Made by a program: the position numbers and the translations under genes | Assembly (NCBI GenBank): GCA_041798325.1 | Contig: JBHCAP010000013.1 | Span: forward strand, 27,504 to 91,503 | Length of the DNA stretch: 64,000 nucleotides | Direction of reading: 5' to 3' | DNA from: Giesbergeria sp. | GTDB lineage: Bacteria; Pseudomonadota; Gammaproteobacteria; Burkholderiales; Burkholderiaceae_C | The notes under the pieces: generated by a model | The model's database searches: none | The model's input: only the letters and a program-made list of their open reading frames with translations | Told to the model about the DNA's origin: nothing | Part shown: positions 1 to 12,192 of the stretch, piece by piece | Position numbering within the stretch: position 1 is the first letter of the stretch | How the letters are laid out: each line of letters begins with the position of its first letter

Positions 1-2031
<2,031 letters not shown>

Positions 2032-2118
2032 GTGGGAAAAAGATTAACATGGTTACCTTTATTTACAAGCTGACGACCAAAATCCAGCGTGGTTTGGTCG
2101 CTAGCATTTTTGATTCAG

Positions 2119-3390
2119 ATGCTTAAGCGAATTCGCACTCAAGACCTCACTTTGGGCATGTTTCTGCACGAGTTTTGCGCCTCGTGGATGGAGCACCCGT
2201 TTTGGCGCAGCCAGTTTTTGCTGCAAGACCCGCAGGACTTGGTGCGCATCCGCCAAACCAGCATCCAAGAGGTCTGGATCGACACCGGCAAAGGCCGTGA
2301 TGTGGCGGCCACTGTCGTCGCCACCACGCGGGAGCAAGCCGACGCGGCCATCGACACCGCCTTCAGCTCCTTGGCCGATATGCCGACCTTCCAAGCGCCG
2401 TCCGAAGCGCTGGCGCAGCCGCCGCAGCTGCCCACCAATATGGAACAAGAGCTGGTGCAGGCGGCCGAGATTTGTCGCCGCTCCAAAACAGCCGTGGTGT
2501 CGATGTTTCACGAGGCGCGCTTGGGGCGGGCGCTGGAGGTGCCGGACTTGCACAGCATGGTCGATGAAATCTCCGCCTCCATCGCCCGCCACCCCAATGC
2601 CTTGATCAGCTTGGCGCGCCTTAAAAGCGCTGACGACTACACCTATATGCACTCGGTGGCGGTGTGCGCGCTGATGATGGCGCTGGGTCGGCAAATCAAA
2701 CTGAACGAGACCCAGCTGCGCACCGCTGGCATGGCCGGGCTGCTGCACGACTTGGGCAAAGCGCGCATTCCGCTGGCAGTGCTGAACAAGCCGGGCAAGC
2801 TGACCGACGAAGAATTTGCCGTAGTGCGCAACCACCCGGTCGCGGGCTACCAAATGCTGCTGCAAGGCGGAATGCAAGACGCAGCGGTGCTAGATGCCTG
2901 CCTGCACCACCACGAAAAAATCGATGGCACCGGCTACCCCGAAAAGCTCGGCGGTGCCAGCATCAGCCTGATTGCCAAGATGGCGGCGATTTGCGATGTT
3001 TACGATGCCATCACCTCAGACCGCCCCTACAAACGTGGCTGGGATCCATCCGAGTCGCTGCGGCGCATGGCCGAGTGGAGCCACGCGCACTTTGACACCA
3101 GACTGCTGCAAGCGTTTGTCAAAAGCTTGGGGATTTACCCGGTCGGCTCGCTGGTGCGGCTGAGCTCGGGGCGCATTGGGGTGGTGGTGGAGCAGTCGCC
3201 CGGCGCGCTGCTGCTGCCGCGCGTCAACACCTTTTTTTGCATTAAAACCGACCAGCGCATTCCGCCCGAGGTGGTTGATTTATCGCGCCCCGGCGGCTGC
3301 GACAAAATCGCGGCGCGCGAAAACCCCGAGCATTGGCACTTTCCAGATATGCACACCTTGTGCTTAGGGATGGAGCCGTTGCCGTGGTGA
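2119..3390 (+). CDS. HD-GYP c-di-GMP phosphodiesterase with N-terminal DUF3391-like domain
   Basis: YTYMHSVAV, LLHDLGK, HHEKIDGTGYP, DVYDAITSDRPYK motifs. Confidence 0.92.
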   Translation: MLKRIRTQDLTLGMFLHEFCASWMEHPFWRSQFLLQDPQDLVRIRQTSIQEVWIDTGKGRDVAATVVATTREQADAAIDTAFSSLADMPTFQAPSEALAQPPQLPTNMEQELVQAAEICRRSKTAVVSMFHEARLGRALEVPDLHSMVDEISASIARHPNALISLARLKSADDYTYMHSVAVCALMMALGRQIKLNETQLRTAGMAGLLHDLGKARIPLAVLNKPGKLTDEEFAVVRNHPVAGYQMLLQGGMQDAAVLDACLHHHEKIDGTGYPEKLGGASISLIAKMAAICDVYDAITSDRPYKRGWDPSESLRRMAEWSHAHFDTRLLQAFVKSLGIYPVGSLVRLSSGRIGVVVEQSPGALLLPRVNTFFCIKTDQRIPPEVVDLSRPGGCDKIAARENPEHWHFPDMHTLCLGMEPLPW

Positions 3391-3434
3391 GACGCGCAAT
3401 CGGCGCATCCCAGATGCCCGCGTACCATCAAGCT

Positions 3435-4379
3435 ATGACTGATTTTTTGACCCTCACACTCAATCCAGCACTGGACTTGTCAACCACCACCGCGCGGCTA
3501 GAGCACACCCACAAAATGCGCTGCGGCCCCATGCTGCGCCACCCCGGCGGCGGCGGCATCAACGTGGCGCGGGTGCTGCACCGCTTGGATGTGCCAGTGC
3601 AGGCGTGGTATTTGTCCGGCGGCGTGACCGGCGCGCACACCAGCCAATTGCTGGCCGCCGAGGGCGTCGCCCTGCACGCGCTGCCCATTGCCGGCACCAC
3701 GCGCGAGAACCTGTCGGTGGTCGAAACCCGCAGCGGCCACGAGTACCGCTTTGTGCTGCCCGGCCCCTGCGTGTCAGCGCCGGAATGGCAAGACTGTTTA
3801 ACGCAATTGGCAGCGCAAACACCGCGCTGGCTGGTCGCCAGTGGCAGCCTGCCGCCGGGCGTGCCCGATGATTTTTATGCCCGCCTGATCGGGCAAAACC
3901 GCGCCAGCCGCATCGTGCTCGACACCCAAGGCGCGGCGCTGGCGACGGCGCTGCAAGCGGGCGTGTATTTGGTCAAGCCCAGCCTGCGCGAGCTGCGCGA
4001 GCTGACCGGCGCCGCGCTGAACGATGCCGCGCAGTGGCGCGCGGCCGCGCGTGCCTTGGTGCGCAGCGGCCAAGCCGAGATGGTGGCGCTGTCGGCTGGC
4101 GAGCACGGCGCAGTGCTGGCGACGCAGGACGGCGTCTGGCAAGCCTGCGCCCTGCCGATTGCCGCCAGCAGCGGCACCACCGGCGCGGGCGATTGTTTTT
4201 TGGCTGCGTTGCTGTGGGCGCTCGATCGCGGCGACACGCCGGGCGACGCGCTGCGCTGGGGCGTAGCGGCCGGCAGCGCAGCCCTGCTGGCACCGGGCAC
4301 CGCACTGGCCGAGGCCTGCGAGATACAGCGCTTGCAGCGCCAAGTGGTGCTGCAAGCGCTGACAGCCGAAGCAGAATAA
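3435..4379 (+). CDS. 1-phosphofructokinase-family (PfkB) hexose kinase
   Basis: TLTLNPALD, PGGGGINVARVL, ASGSLPPG, VKPSLREL, TTGAGDCFLA signatures. Confidence 0.9.
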   Translation: MTDFLTLTLNPALDLSTTTARLEHTHKMRCGPMLRHPGGGGINVARVLHRLDVPVQAWYLSGGVTGAHTSQLLAAEGVALHALPIAGTTRENLSVVETRSGHEYRFVLPGPCVSAPEWQDCLTQLAAQTPRWLVASGSLPPGVPDDFYARLIGQNRASRIVLDTQGAALATALQAGVYLVKPSLRELRELTGAALNDAAQWRAAARALVRSGQAEMVALSAGEHGAVLATQDGVWQACALPIAASSGTTGAGDCFLAALLWALDRGDTPGDALRWGVAAGSAALLAPGTALAEACEIQRLQRQVVLQALTAEAE

Positions 4380-4384
4380 AAACC

Positions 4385-4464
4385 ATAGCTGCTAGCGCAC
4401 GTCTTTAAAGGGTTTCAGATAGAAAACCATCTGAAGTCCTTTAAAGACGTGCGCTGGCAGCTAT
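4385..4464. repeat. Inverted doublet (REPIN-like hairpin) of the dispersed ATAGCTGCTAGCGC repeat
   Basis: 36-bp arms 4385-4420 and 4429-4464 with 3 mismatches and an 8-nt loop, between convergent genes. Confidence 0.9.
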
Positions 4465-4500
4465 CAATTTAATAATCTTGAGTCACCGCTGCGGCTTACT

Positions 4501-5718
4501 TTAGGACTTGACCACGTAGCGGTTGCGCCCTTCGGCCTTGGCTTGGTAGAGCGCGGCATCGGCATCGGCAATCAGCTCAATGCCGCCGTCTTGGTAGCGC
4601 GGCACGCACCCGGTCGCGCCGACGCTGACCGTGACAAATGGCGCCGCCTCCGACGCGGGATGGGGCAATTGCAGCGCCGCCACCGCCGCCACCACGCGCG
4701 CCGCCACCGCGCTAGCGCCAGCGGCATCGACCTCGGGCAAGATCACCACCAGCTCTTCGCCACCGTAGCGCGCCACCAAATCGGTGCTGCGCTGCATAGT
4801 GCCCTGCACCGCGCGCGCAATCGCTTGCAAGCAGGCATCGCCCGCTTGGTGGCCAAAGTGGTCGTTGTAGCGCTTGAAATAATCGACATCAATCATCAAC
4901 AAACCCAGCGGCTGCTGGCGGCGAAACGCGCTGGCGCAGGCGTGCTCCAGCCGGTCGTTGAAGTAGGCGCGGTTGGCCACCTGCAGCAGCCCATCGGTGC
5001 GGCCATATTCTTGCAATTGCACGTTGGCGCGCTGCAAGTGTTCGTTGGCCTTGGCCAGCTCTTGCGTGCGTTTGGCGACGCGCTCTTCCAAGCGCTGGTT
5101 GGCCTGCACCAGCTCGGCGTTTTGCGTCGAGAGGACGTGGTAGAGCTTGCCAATCATTTTCAGCAGCACTTGGGTGCTGTTGTCGTGGCCGGCCATTTCG
5201 CGCTCGTAGGCTTGCAGGGGCGACTCGCCCTGCTCAATCGCCTGAATCTGGCGCGCCAGCGACTGGTCAATGCCCAAGATGTGCAGCCCCAGCCACGCCG
5301 TCAAAAAGCTGGTGATGCCGTCGCCCGAGGCCGGCGCGGTGGTGCTGGCGCGCGAGGCCCACATCGTCCCCACTTGCTGCACAAACTGGCGGTGCAGCGA
5401 CTTGTGCGCCTCGATGTGCCGGGCTTCGACGCCCTTGCGCTCCATCAGCGCTTCTTCTTCGGTGAAGTGGTACACGGTGTAGGCCACCAAGCGCTTGAAG
5501 ACATCGCGCAGCTGCGGCTCGTGGTCGGCATCAGGGTTGGTTTCTGCCGCAAACAGCGTGCGGCTCAGCTCGTTGAACAAGGCGACGAGGCCTTGGTGCT
5601 GCTCGTCCACATCGTCCAGCCCGGTGACAAAGTGCTGGTCCCAGACAAAAGCGTCCACATGCACCGGCTCAATCACAGAATTTTTCATATCGGCTCCAGT
5701 GTCGGATTGCGCCAACAT
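4501..5718 (-). CDS. Bacteriohemerythrin-GGDEF diguanylate cyclase
   Basis: N-terminal WDQHFVTGLDDVDEQH...HFTEEEALM...HKSLH...HILGID hemerythrin motifs; coiled coil; C-terminal DVDYFKRYND...RYGGEEL. Confidence 0.9.
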   Translation of the reverse strand: MLAQSDTGADMKNSVIEPVHVDAFVWDQHFVTGLDDVDEQHQGLVALFNELSRTLFAAETNPDADHEPQLRDVFKRLVAYTVYHFTEEEALMERKGVEARHIEAHKSLHRQFVQQVGTMWASRASTTAPASGDGITSFLTAWLGLHILGIDQSLARQIQAIEQGESPLQAYEREMAGHDNSTQVLLKMIGKLYHVLSTQNAELVQANQRLEERVAKRTQELAKANEHLQRANVQLQEYGRTDGLLQVANRAYFNDRLEHACASAFRRQQPLGLLMIDVDYFKRYNDHFGHQAGDACLQAIARAVQGTMQRSTDLVARYGGEELVVILPEVDAAGASAVAARVVAAVAALQLPHPASEAAPFVTVSVGATGCVPRYQDGGIELIADADAALYQAKAEGRNRYVVKS

Positions 5719-5719
5719 A

Positions 5720-6490
5720 TCAACTGCGCGCCAAGCCAGCGTGCAATTGCACCAGCGCTTGTGTCAGTTTGTGGTGCGGGTCGAGGTAAATCATCGGCAG
5801 CGCCTGTTGGTGCGATTCGCGCACTTTGATCGACTGTGGCAAGTACGGCTGCAGCACCGGCAAACCTTCGTCAATCAACTCCTGCACCAGTTGCTGGGGC
5901 AGCTTGGCGCGCGCTTGGAACTGGTTGACCACAATGCCGCGCACCACCAGCTGCGGGTTGTGGTCGGCGCGGATTTCTGCCACGTTGGTCAGCAAGGTGT
6001 AGAGCGCTTGGCGCGAAAAATCATCGCAGTCAAACGGAATCAAGCAGCCACTCGCCCCCATCAGCGCCGAGCGGGTGTAGAAGTTCAGCGCCGGCGGCGT
6101 GTCGATGTAGATGCGCTCGTAGTTCGCCGCCAGCTGCTGCAAGGCTTCGCGCAGCTTGTAGATTTTGTGGCGCGATTCGAGCTTGCCTTGCAGCTCATCG
6201 AGCTGCGCGCCAGAGGCCATCAAGTCCAAGTTATCAAACGGCGTGCGCACGATGAAATCAGTGGGCGGCGGCGGGGTAAAGCTGTAGCCGAGCGTCTGCT
6301 CAAAAAAGCCGACCACGCTGGGCTGGTCGGCATGCGGCGCGTGGCCGAGCAAATAGGCGCTGGAGTTGCCTTGCACATCCAAATCAATCACCAAAGTGCG
6401 CAGGCCTTGGCTGGCGCTGATGGCGGCCAGATTGCAGGTGATGGTGGATTTGCCCACGCCACCTTTTTGATTGAAAACGACCAATGCCAT
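5720..6490 (-). CDS. Orphan ParA/Soj-family ATPase
   Basis: NQKGGVGKST deviant Walker A, IDLDVQGNS, IDTPPAL; no parB adjacent. Confidence 0.9.
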   Translation of the reverse strand: MALVVFNQKGGVGKSTITCNLAAISASQGLRTLVIDLDVQGNSSAYLLGHAPHADQPSVVGFFEQTLGYSFTPPPPTDFIVRTPFDNLDLMASGAQLDELQGKLESRHKIYKLREALQQLAANYERIYIDTPPALNFYTRSALMGASGCLIPFDCDDFSRQALYTLLTNVAEIRADHNPQLVVRGIVVNQFQARAKLPQQLVQELIDEGLPVLQPYLPQSIKVRESHQQALPMIYLDPHHKLTQALVQLHAGLARS

Positions 6491-6741
6491 AGTGAATCCT
6501 TATTTTGGGTGATGTCGCTTAGATGCAAGCATTGCAAAAAATTGCAACTTCAGCGCCCTGTTTTTTGCAGCCGCGCAATTATGGGATATAGGCCACCAGC
6601 GCCATGGCAGAATCGCCGCCCACTCGCCCAAGGTATGCGCAATGCCTGATGTACCGCAGGCTTTGGCGCTGATTTTTTTCTCGTTTTTCTCGTTTTTTCC
6701 CATTTTTTCTTGGCACGGGCCTGTCCGGCCCTCAAGCACGC

Positions 6742-7842
6742 ATGACCTCTACCGATTCCCCTTCTGCGATTGCCTACACCCTGAGCGATTTCGACTTCAC
6801 CCTGCCACCGGCGCTGATTGCCCAGCACCCAACGCCCCAGCGCAGCGCCTCGCGCCTGCTCGACGGGCGCGCTGCGCAGCCGGTAGATCGCATCTTTAAC
6901 GCCTTGCCCAGCCTGCTGCGCGCCGGCGACTTGCTGGTGTTCAACGACACCCGCGTCGTCAAAGCGCGCGTGTTTGGCGAGAAGGCCAGCGGCGGCAAAC
7001 TCGAATTGCTGATTGAGCGCGTGCTGACCGGCAATGAGGTCGTGGCGCACATGAAGGTCAGCAAAAAACCGCTGCCCGGCGCGGTCGTTCACATGGCCGG
7101 TGGCCAGCGCAATGGCGGCTTTGACGCGCTGCTGCTGGGGCGCTGGCCGGACGAAAACGGCCCGCTGTTTCGCTTTGCGCTGCACGGCGCGGCGGGCGAA
7201 ACCCCCTACGACTTGATGGAGCGCCACGGCCATCTGCCGCTGCCGCCGTATATCGAGCGCCAACAGCAAAGCGGCAACGACCCCGACGCAGCCGAGGACA
7301 CCGAGCGCTACCAAACCGTGTTTGCCCGCGCGCCCGGTGCCGTTGCCGCGCCGACCGCTGCGCTGCACTTTGACGAGGCGGTGCTGGCCGACTTGCAAGC
7401 ACGCGGCATCGAACGCGCCAGCGTCACGCTGCACGTCGGCGCGGGCACTTTTCAGCCGGTCAAAACCGAAAACCTCGCCGAGCACCAAATGCACTACGAG
7501 CGCTACGACATCCCGCTGGCCACACTGGCGGCGCTAGAGCGCTGCCGCCAGCGCGGCGGCCGCGTGGTGGCCGTCGGCACCACCACGGTGCGCACGCTCG
7601 AATCGTGGGCGCGCAGCGGCGCGGTGTCGGGCGACACCAATATCTTCATCACGCCGGGGTTCCAATTTGCGGTGGTCGATGTGCTGGTCACCAACTTTCA
7701 CCTGCCCAAAAGCACGCTGATGATGCTGGTCAGCGCCTTTGCCGGCTACGCGCCGGTGATGGGTCTGTACCGCCACGCGATTGCGCAGCAGTACCGCTTT
7801 TTCAGCTATGGCGATGCCATGCTGCTGCAGCGCAACCCATAA
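6742..7842 (+). CDS. queA: S-adenosylmethionine:tRNA ribosyltransferase-isomerase
   Basis: [60 protein letters not shown]. Confidence 0.97.
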   Translation: MTSTDSPSAIAYTLSDFDFTLPPALIAQHPTPQRSASRLLDGRAAQPVDRIFNALPSLLRAGDLLVFNDTRVVKARVFGEKASGGKLELLIERVLTGNEVVAHMKVSKKPLPGAVVHMAGGQRNGGFDALLLGRWPDENGPLFRFALHGAAGETPYDLMERHGHLPLPPYIERQQQSGNDPDAAEDTERYQTVFARAPGAVAAPTAALHFDEAVLADLQARGIERASVTLHVGAGTFQPVKTENLAEHQMHYERYDIPLATLAALERCRQRGGRVVAVGTTTVRTLESWARSGAVSGDTNIFITPGFQFAVVDVLVTNFHLPKSTLMMLVSAFAGYAPVMGLYRHAIAQQYRFFSYGDAMLLQRNP

Positions 7843-7869
7843 AAAATGCGCCGAGCAACTATCAAAACA

Positions 7870-7913
7870 ATAGCTGCTAGCGCACGTATCTATTGGGCTA
7901 GAGGCCGATTTGA
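7870..7913 (+). repeat. Dispersed REP-like repeat copy
   Basis: atagctgctagcgcacgtatctattgggctagaggccgatttga, between convergent queA and trpB. Confidence 0.9.
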
Positions 7914-7941
7914 TACTAAATTTCGGCCTTTGATGGTGCTG

Positions 7942-9141
7942 TTACAGCCCCAAATGGTTGGCGACGAAGTCCGCATCCTTGTCACCCCGGCCTGACAGGT
8001 TGACCAAGATGGTTTGCTCGGGCGACATGGTTTTGGCGATTTTCATGGCGTAGGCCACGGCGTGTGCACTCTCCAGCGCCGGGATGATGCCTTCGCTGCG
8101 CGACAGCGTCATAAAGGCATCCAAGCACTCATCGTCGGTGATGGCCTCGTACTGCACGCGGCCCACGTCTTTCAAATAGCAATGCTGCGGGCCGACACCG
8201 GGGTAATCCAGCCCCGAGGCAATCGAATACACCGGCAGCGGCTCGCCCTCTGCATCCTGCAAGTTGTAGCAAACAAAGCCGTGGATGGCACCCTTGGTGC
8301 CCAAGGTCATGGTGGCGGCGTGGTCGGGCGTGTCCAGCCCCTTGCCGGCAGGCTCGACACCGACCAATTGCACGCTGGCATCGGGCAAAAACTCGGTAAA
8401 CATACCTATCGCGTTGGAGCCACCGCCAACGCAAGCGGTCACCACATCGGGCAATTTGTGGTGCTGCGCCAAAAACTGCGCCCGCGCTTCGCGCCCGACG
8501 ATGCTTTGAAAGTCGCGCACCATCTTGGGAAACGGGTGCGGGCCGACTACCGAACCGATGGCATAAATGAAATTGACCGGGTCTTTCAGGTACTCCTCGA
8601 ATGCGCTATCGACCGCATCCTTGAGCGTGCGCGTGCCGCGCGTCACCGGCACCAGCTTGCAACCCAAAATTTTCATCTTGACGACGTTCGGGTGTTCCTT
8701 GGCAATGTCGATTTCACCCATGTGAATTTCGCAGTCAATGCCGACCAGCGCGCAGGCCGAGGCCAGCGCCACGCCGTGCTGACCGGCGCCGGTCTCAGCA
8801 ATCACTTTGGTCTTGCCCATGTACTTGGCCAGCAGCGCCTCACCCAAGCAGTGGTTAATTTTGTGCGCGCCGGTGTGGCTGAGGTCTTCGCGCTTGAGGT
8901 AAATCTGCGCCCCGCCTTGGCGCGCCGACAGCCGCTTGGCATGAAAAATCGGGCTGGGCCGGCCGACATAGTGCGCGTACAAATCTGCCAGCTCTTCTTG
9001 AAAACCCGCTGTCTGGCGCACGGTTTCGTAAGCCTCGTTGATGTCGTCCATCACCGCCTTGAGCTGCGGCGGAATGATCTGCCCGCCGTACTCGCCAAAG
9101 TAGCCTTGCGCGTTGGGCATTTCTAGAAATTGCTGTGCCAT
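7942..9141 (-). CDS. trpB: Tryptophan synthase beta chain (stand-alone copy)
   Basis: [15 protein letters not shown] (PLP lysine), [39 protein letters not shown]. Confidence 0.95.
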   Translation of the reverse strand: MAQQFLEMPNAQGYFGEYGGQIIPPQLKAVMDDINEAYETVRQTAGFQEELADLYAHYVGRPSPIFHAKRLSARQGGAQIYLKREDLSHTGAHKINHCLGEALLAKYMGKTKVIAETGAGQHGVALASACALVGIDCEIHMGEIDIAKEHPNVVKMKILGCKLVPVTRGTRTLKDAVDSAFEEYLKDPVNFIYAIGSVVGPHPFPKMVRDFQSIVGREARAQFLAQHHKLPDVVTACVGGGSNAIGMFTEFLPDASVQLVGVEPAGKGLDTPDHAATMTLGTKGAIHGFVCYNLQDAEGEPLPVYSIASGLDYPGVGPQHCYLKDVGRVQYEAITDDECLDAFMTLSRSEGIIPALESAHAVAYAMKIAKTMSPEQTILVNLSGRGDKDADFVANHLGL

Positions 9142-9222
9142 GTTTTGTCTCGCTGTTGTAGTAAAGGGGTGAGAGGTTAAGAGCCTGTAAAAAACGCTGC
9201 TATCTTATTTGCTCTGCCCAAT

Positions 9223-9260
9223 AAAAAAGCCCCTCCCACAGCCTAGGCTGCAGAAGGGGC
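9223..9260 (-). terminator. Rho-independent terminator of the metallopeptidase gene
   Basis: Minus strand reads GCCCC...GGGGC stem followed by TTTTTT. Confidence 0.7.
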
Positions 9261-9273
9261 CTTGATTCAGGCT

Positions 9274-11895
9274 TTATGGGAACCTGCGCTTGTATTCGGC
9301 AGAGTTGAGCAGCGAATCAATCAGCGTCAACGTGTTGGCACGGCCAGCATTCATCTCATTGAGCCAATCGCGCTGCTCGGTCGCACTCGGGGTGCGACGC
9401 AACATACCGGCGTAGGCCATGGTGATGCTGTTGGCGTATTTATTAGTGTTGATGTTTTCAGGCGATTCAGAGAATCCGATCATCATCTCGCCGCGAATCA
9501 GCCCGGCATTGACGCGCCCCACCCAGTAATCACGCCCCGCAGGCTCAGCCGTGCGGCCCAGCACGTTTTGGTAAACCAGTTCAACGAACTGCAGGTTATT
9601 CAAATTGCCATAAGTCCCCACGAACTCGGCCGATTGGGCAAACGAATCTGAGACGTGGTTAAACAAACGGCCACTGCCACCGTTAGCCGGGTACAGCTCG
9701 CCATACCAATACATCAGGCCGCCATAGTCAGGGATCCGCCGAAAGTAAGCGGTGTAGAGGCGCACCAACGGGCCGTAGCGGTCTTTGAAGTCGGCTTGCG
9801 CCATAAAGGACTCAATAAGCTGCGCTTGGCTGATAGCACCGGTTTTGAGTTGGCCAGCCCAATAGTTCAAGCTGACGGCATCCGGGCTGCGGTTAAACAG
9901 ATCACGGTATTGCTGGGCAACAAACTGGGTCGGATCGGTCAGCGTGCCGCCGCCACCCGAACTGGTATTGAAAGTGGCGGTCACGTTCAGCGCAGAGGTG
10001 CCAGCCGCCAAGGCGCAGGTGCTAGATGTGCCGCTGCAAGCGCCGCTCCAGCCCGCAAACTGGCTGCCCGTCGCCGCTTGCGCGCTCAGGGTGATGGCGG
10101 TGTTGCTGGCAAAGCTGGCTGAAGCTACGCCGCAATCTGCCAAGCAGCTCAAGCCGCTGGGGGTGCTGTTGATAGTGCCTGCGCCAGTGCCTGACTTGCT
10201 CAGGGTAAGCAAGCGCGTGGCGGCTGCGGCGGTGAAGTTAGCGGTGACGCTCAGAGCACTGGTCATATTGACGGTGCAGCTGCTGGCAGTGCCGCTACAA
10301 GCGCCGCTCCAGCCTGTAAAACTGCTGCTCGCAGCAGGCGCTGCGGAGAGCGTCACGGCGGCGCCCTTGGCATAAGTTTCGCTGCAATCGCTGCCGCACT
10401 GGATACCACTGGGAGAGCTGCTAACGCTACCGCTGCCAGTGCCGCTGCGCGCGACGGAGAGCAGGTAGGTCACTGGAGGCTGCACGCTATCCAAAGGCAG
10501 GTAGCTCTGCGCAGACTCACGCATCACATCGGCCACACGCCCCGGGTTCACGCCGTAAGGGTGATTGGTTCCAAAATTGAAGCTGAGATTGGAGTAACCA
10601 CCACTAGCCTGATGGCAATAGCTCATGAGAGTGCCAGTGCCTTGGCCAGACTGACCACCTGTTACAGAGCTAATACCCGGCAGCACACCCGGGCGCCCCG
10701 CCCCACCATTGCTGGCACCACATTGTGAGTTGGTGCTATCGGCATAACAGCAATCAATAGCGCCACCTTGTGACGATCCTAGGTAAGGCTTGTCGTAATT
10801 GTGCGTGTGGTCGCTGCCAAAAGCGTGACCAATTTCGTGCGCCACCTCGATAGCATCCCATACGAGTTGCGGGCTGGCCGCAGAAAAATTGCCTTCAATC
10901 CCCGTGCTGACACCGTAAGAATAAGCAGGAGAGTCCAGCGTATTCACATAGGCGACGCCGCCACCACCATTTTTTGCGCTTAACAGGTGCACATGGTGGC
11001 GTTGCTGCGTTGCCCGGGATGCCGCATTCCAGTACGCCTGCAGATCATCGAGTTGATCCATCTTATTGCTGCGCATCCAAGGGTCGGCGGGTGTTGCATA
11101 AATATTAACTTGCGCAAGATTGAGGCGCGTGCCTATTTCACTTTGGTAGCGGGTATTGATATAGCCAAAAAGATCCGCGATGTAGGCGGCGGTCTGGCTT
11201 GAACCGCCCAGACGCTGAAACAGCTCGTAGTCGGTCTCAATGATCAAGTCAGCGCGGCGTTGCGCTGCGACAGCGCCAGCACGCGACGGCTCCGACCCAC
11301 GGGCGAGCGGGCTAAGCGCCTGGCGCAGGGAATCATCGACTGGCGGATTGCTTTCTGCAATGAACTGCGGCGTCACACCGCAGGAAAAAGGACGATTGGC
11401 AAAGTCGCTTTGCTGCTCAATACGGCGCGACGCCGCCCGCGCCGGGCGCTGGGCCGATCCGGGAGCGACTTCAGTGACAAACATCTCGCCACCCCGCTCG
11501 ATGATCGAGCGCATGGTGCCCTCACCATCGATGGAAACAAATACCGAGCTATCCGGCTCACCTGCGAGCTGGCCACTGAAGTGCACGCGCACCGGTACAT
11601 CAATTTCGCGGGTTTGGTTGCCTGCGTGCTCGATAAAGCGGGTTTTTGAATCCACGACCGTAACGCGGCGCAGCTCGGCGGTCGCTGTGTGGCCACTAGC
11701 GTCATCCAGCCTCAGGCTTTCCAACCGCAACGCCTCGCCCACCGCCAAGCCCAAAGCCCGCTGCTGCAATGCCGGGGATTCAACGGCGGACGGCATGTGC
11801 AACACCATTTGCGCCAGTGCGGGTGCCAGCGGCACCACACCCAATACAAGCGCCAAGGCACCCGGTCGTAAAAACTTGCCCAGTGACATACGCAT
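9274..11895 (-). CDS. Secreted M12B/reprolysin-like zinc metallopeptidase with two InlB-B-like repeats and C-terminal DUF4214-like surface domain
   Basis: Signal peptide (ALALVLGVVPLAPALA), cysteine-switch-like FSCG, HEIGHAFGSDH zinc motif, Met-turn TLMSYCH, two FxGWSGACSG repeats, FVAQQYRDLFNR...YQNVLGR..EPAGRDYW. Confidence 0.85.
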   Translation of the reverse strand: MRMSLGKFLRPGALALVLGVVPLAPALAQMVLHMPSAVESPALQQRALGLAVGEALRLESLRLDDASGHTATAELRRVTVVDSKTRFIEHAGNQTREIDVPVRVHFSGQLAGEPDSSVFVSIDGEGTMRSIIERGGEMFVTEVAPGSAQRPARAASRRIEQQSDFANRPFSCGVTPQFIAESNPPVDDSLRQALSPLARGSEPSRAGAVAAQRRADLIIETDYELFQRLGGSSQTAAYIADLFGYINTRYQSEIGTRLNLAQVNIYATPADPWMRSNKMDQLDDLQAYWNAASRATQQRHHVHLLSAKNGGGGVAYVNTLDSPAYSYGVSTGIEGNFSAASPQLVWDAIEVAHEIGHAFGSDHTHNYDKPYLGSSQGGAIDCCYADSTNSQCGASNGGAGRPGVLPGISSVTGGQSGQGTGTLMSYCHQASGGYSNLSFNFGTNHPYGVNPGRVADVMRESAQSYLPLDSVQPPVTYLLSVARSGTGSGSVSSSPSGIQCGSDCSETYAKGAAVTLSAAPAASSSFTGWSGACSGTASSCTVNMTSALSVTANFTAAAATRLLTLSKSGTGAGTINSTPSGLSCLADCGVASASFASNTAITLSAQAATGSQFAGWSGACSGTSSTCALAAGTSALNVTATFNTSSGGGGTLTDPTQFVAQQYRDLFNRSPDAVSLNYWAGQLKTGAISQAQLIESFMAQADFKDRYGPLVRLYTAYFRRIPDYGGLMYWYGELYPANGGSGRLFNHVSDSFAQSAEFVGTYGNLNNLQFVELVYQNVLGRTAEPAGRDYWVGRVNAGLIRGEMMIGFSESPENINTNKYANSITMAYAGMLRRTPSATEQRDWLNEMNAGRANTLTLIDSLLNSAEYKRRFP

Positions 11896-12144
11896 TTTTG
11901 AATCTTTCAGATTAATTCAGGGCGAAAACGCGTGCCACTCTGTAAGAAGCAGGCTGATTTATCCATCCGCCAGCGCCTTTGGTACAGCTTTTACGCCTAC
12001 AAAAGCAGCATCCTAAAGCGGTATTACGTGTATTTCACAAAATTTAATAAAGCAGTTGTTTTTTAGGCCGCCCTGCCCTTTGCATAACGCACCAACTGCG
12101 CTCGCTATCAAACCGCCCCTGTGGTTTCTTTGTCACATGCCACA

Positions 12145-12171
12145 TCTCCTATATGAACTTCATATAGGAGA
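12145..12171. promoter_or_regulatory. Perfect palindrome TCTCCTATATGAA-C-TTCATATAGGAGA upstream of the TnpB-like/T1SS operon
   Basis: 13-bp arms are exact reverse complements with a 1-nt spacer; ends 21 nt before ATG 12193. Regulatory role is inferred. Confidence 0.7.
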
Positions 12172-12192
12172 CTGCTACACTGCGCCTCTTTT

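Noticed and set aside
9194-9210. ACGCTGCTATCT(T)ATTT shared with 43370-43385 as a regulon motif
   Set aside because: Only two sites, and it resembles a decayed end of the dispersed repeat.
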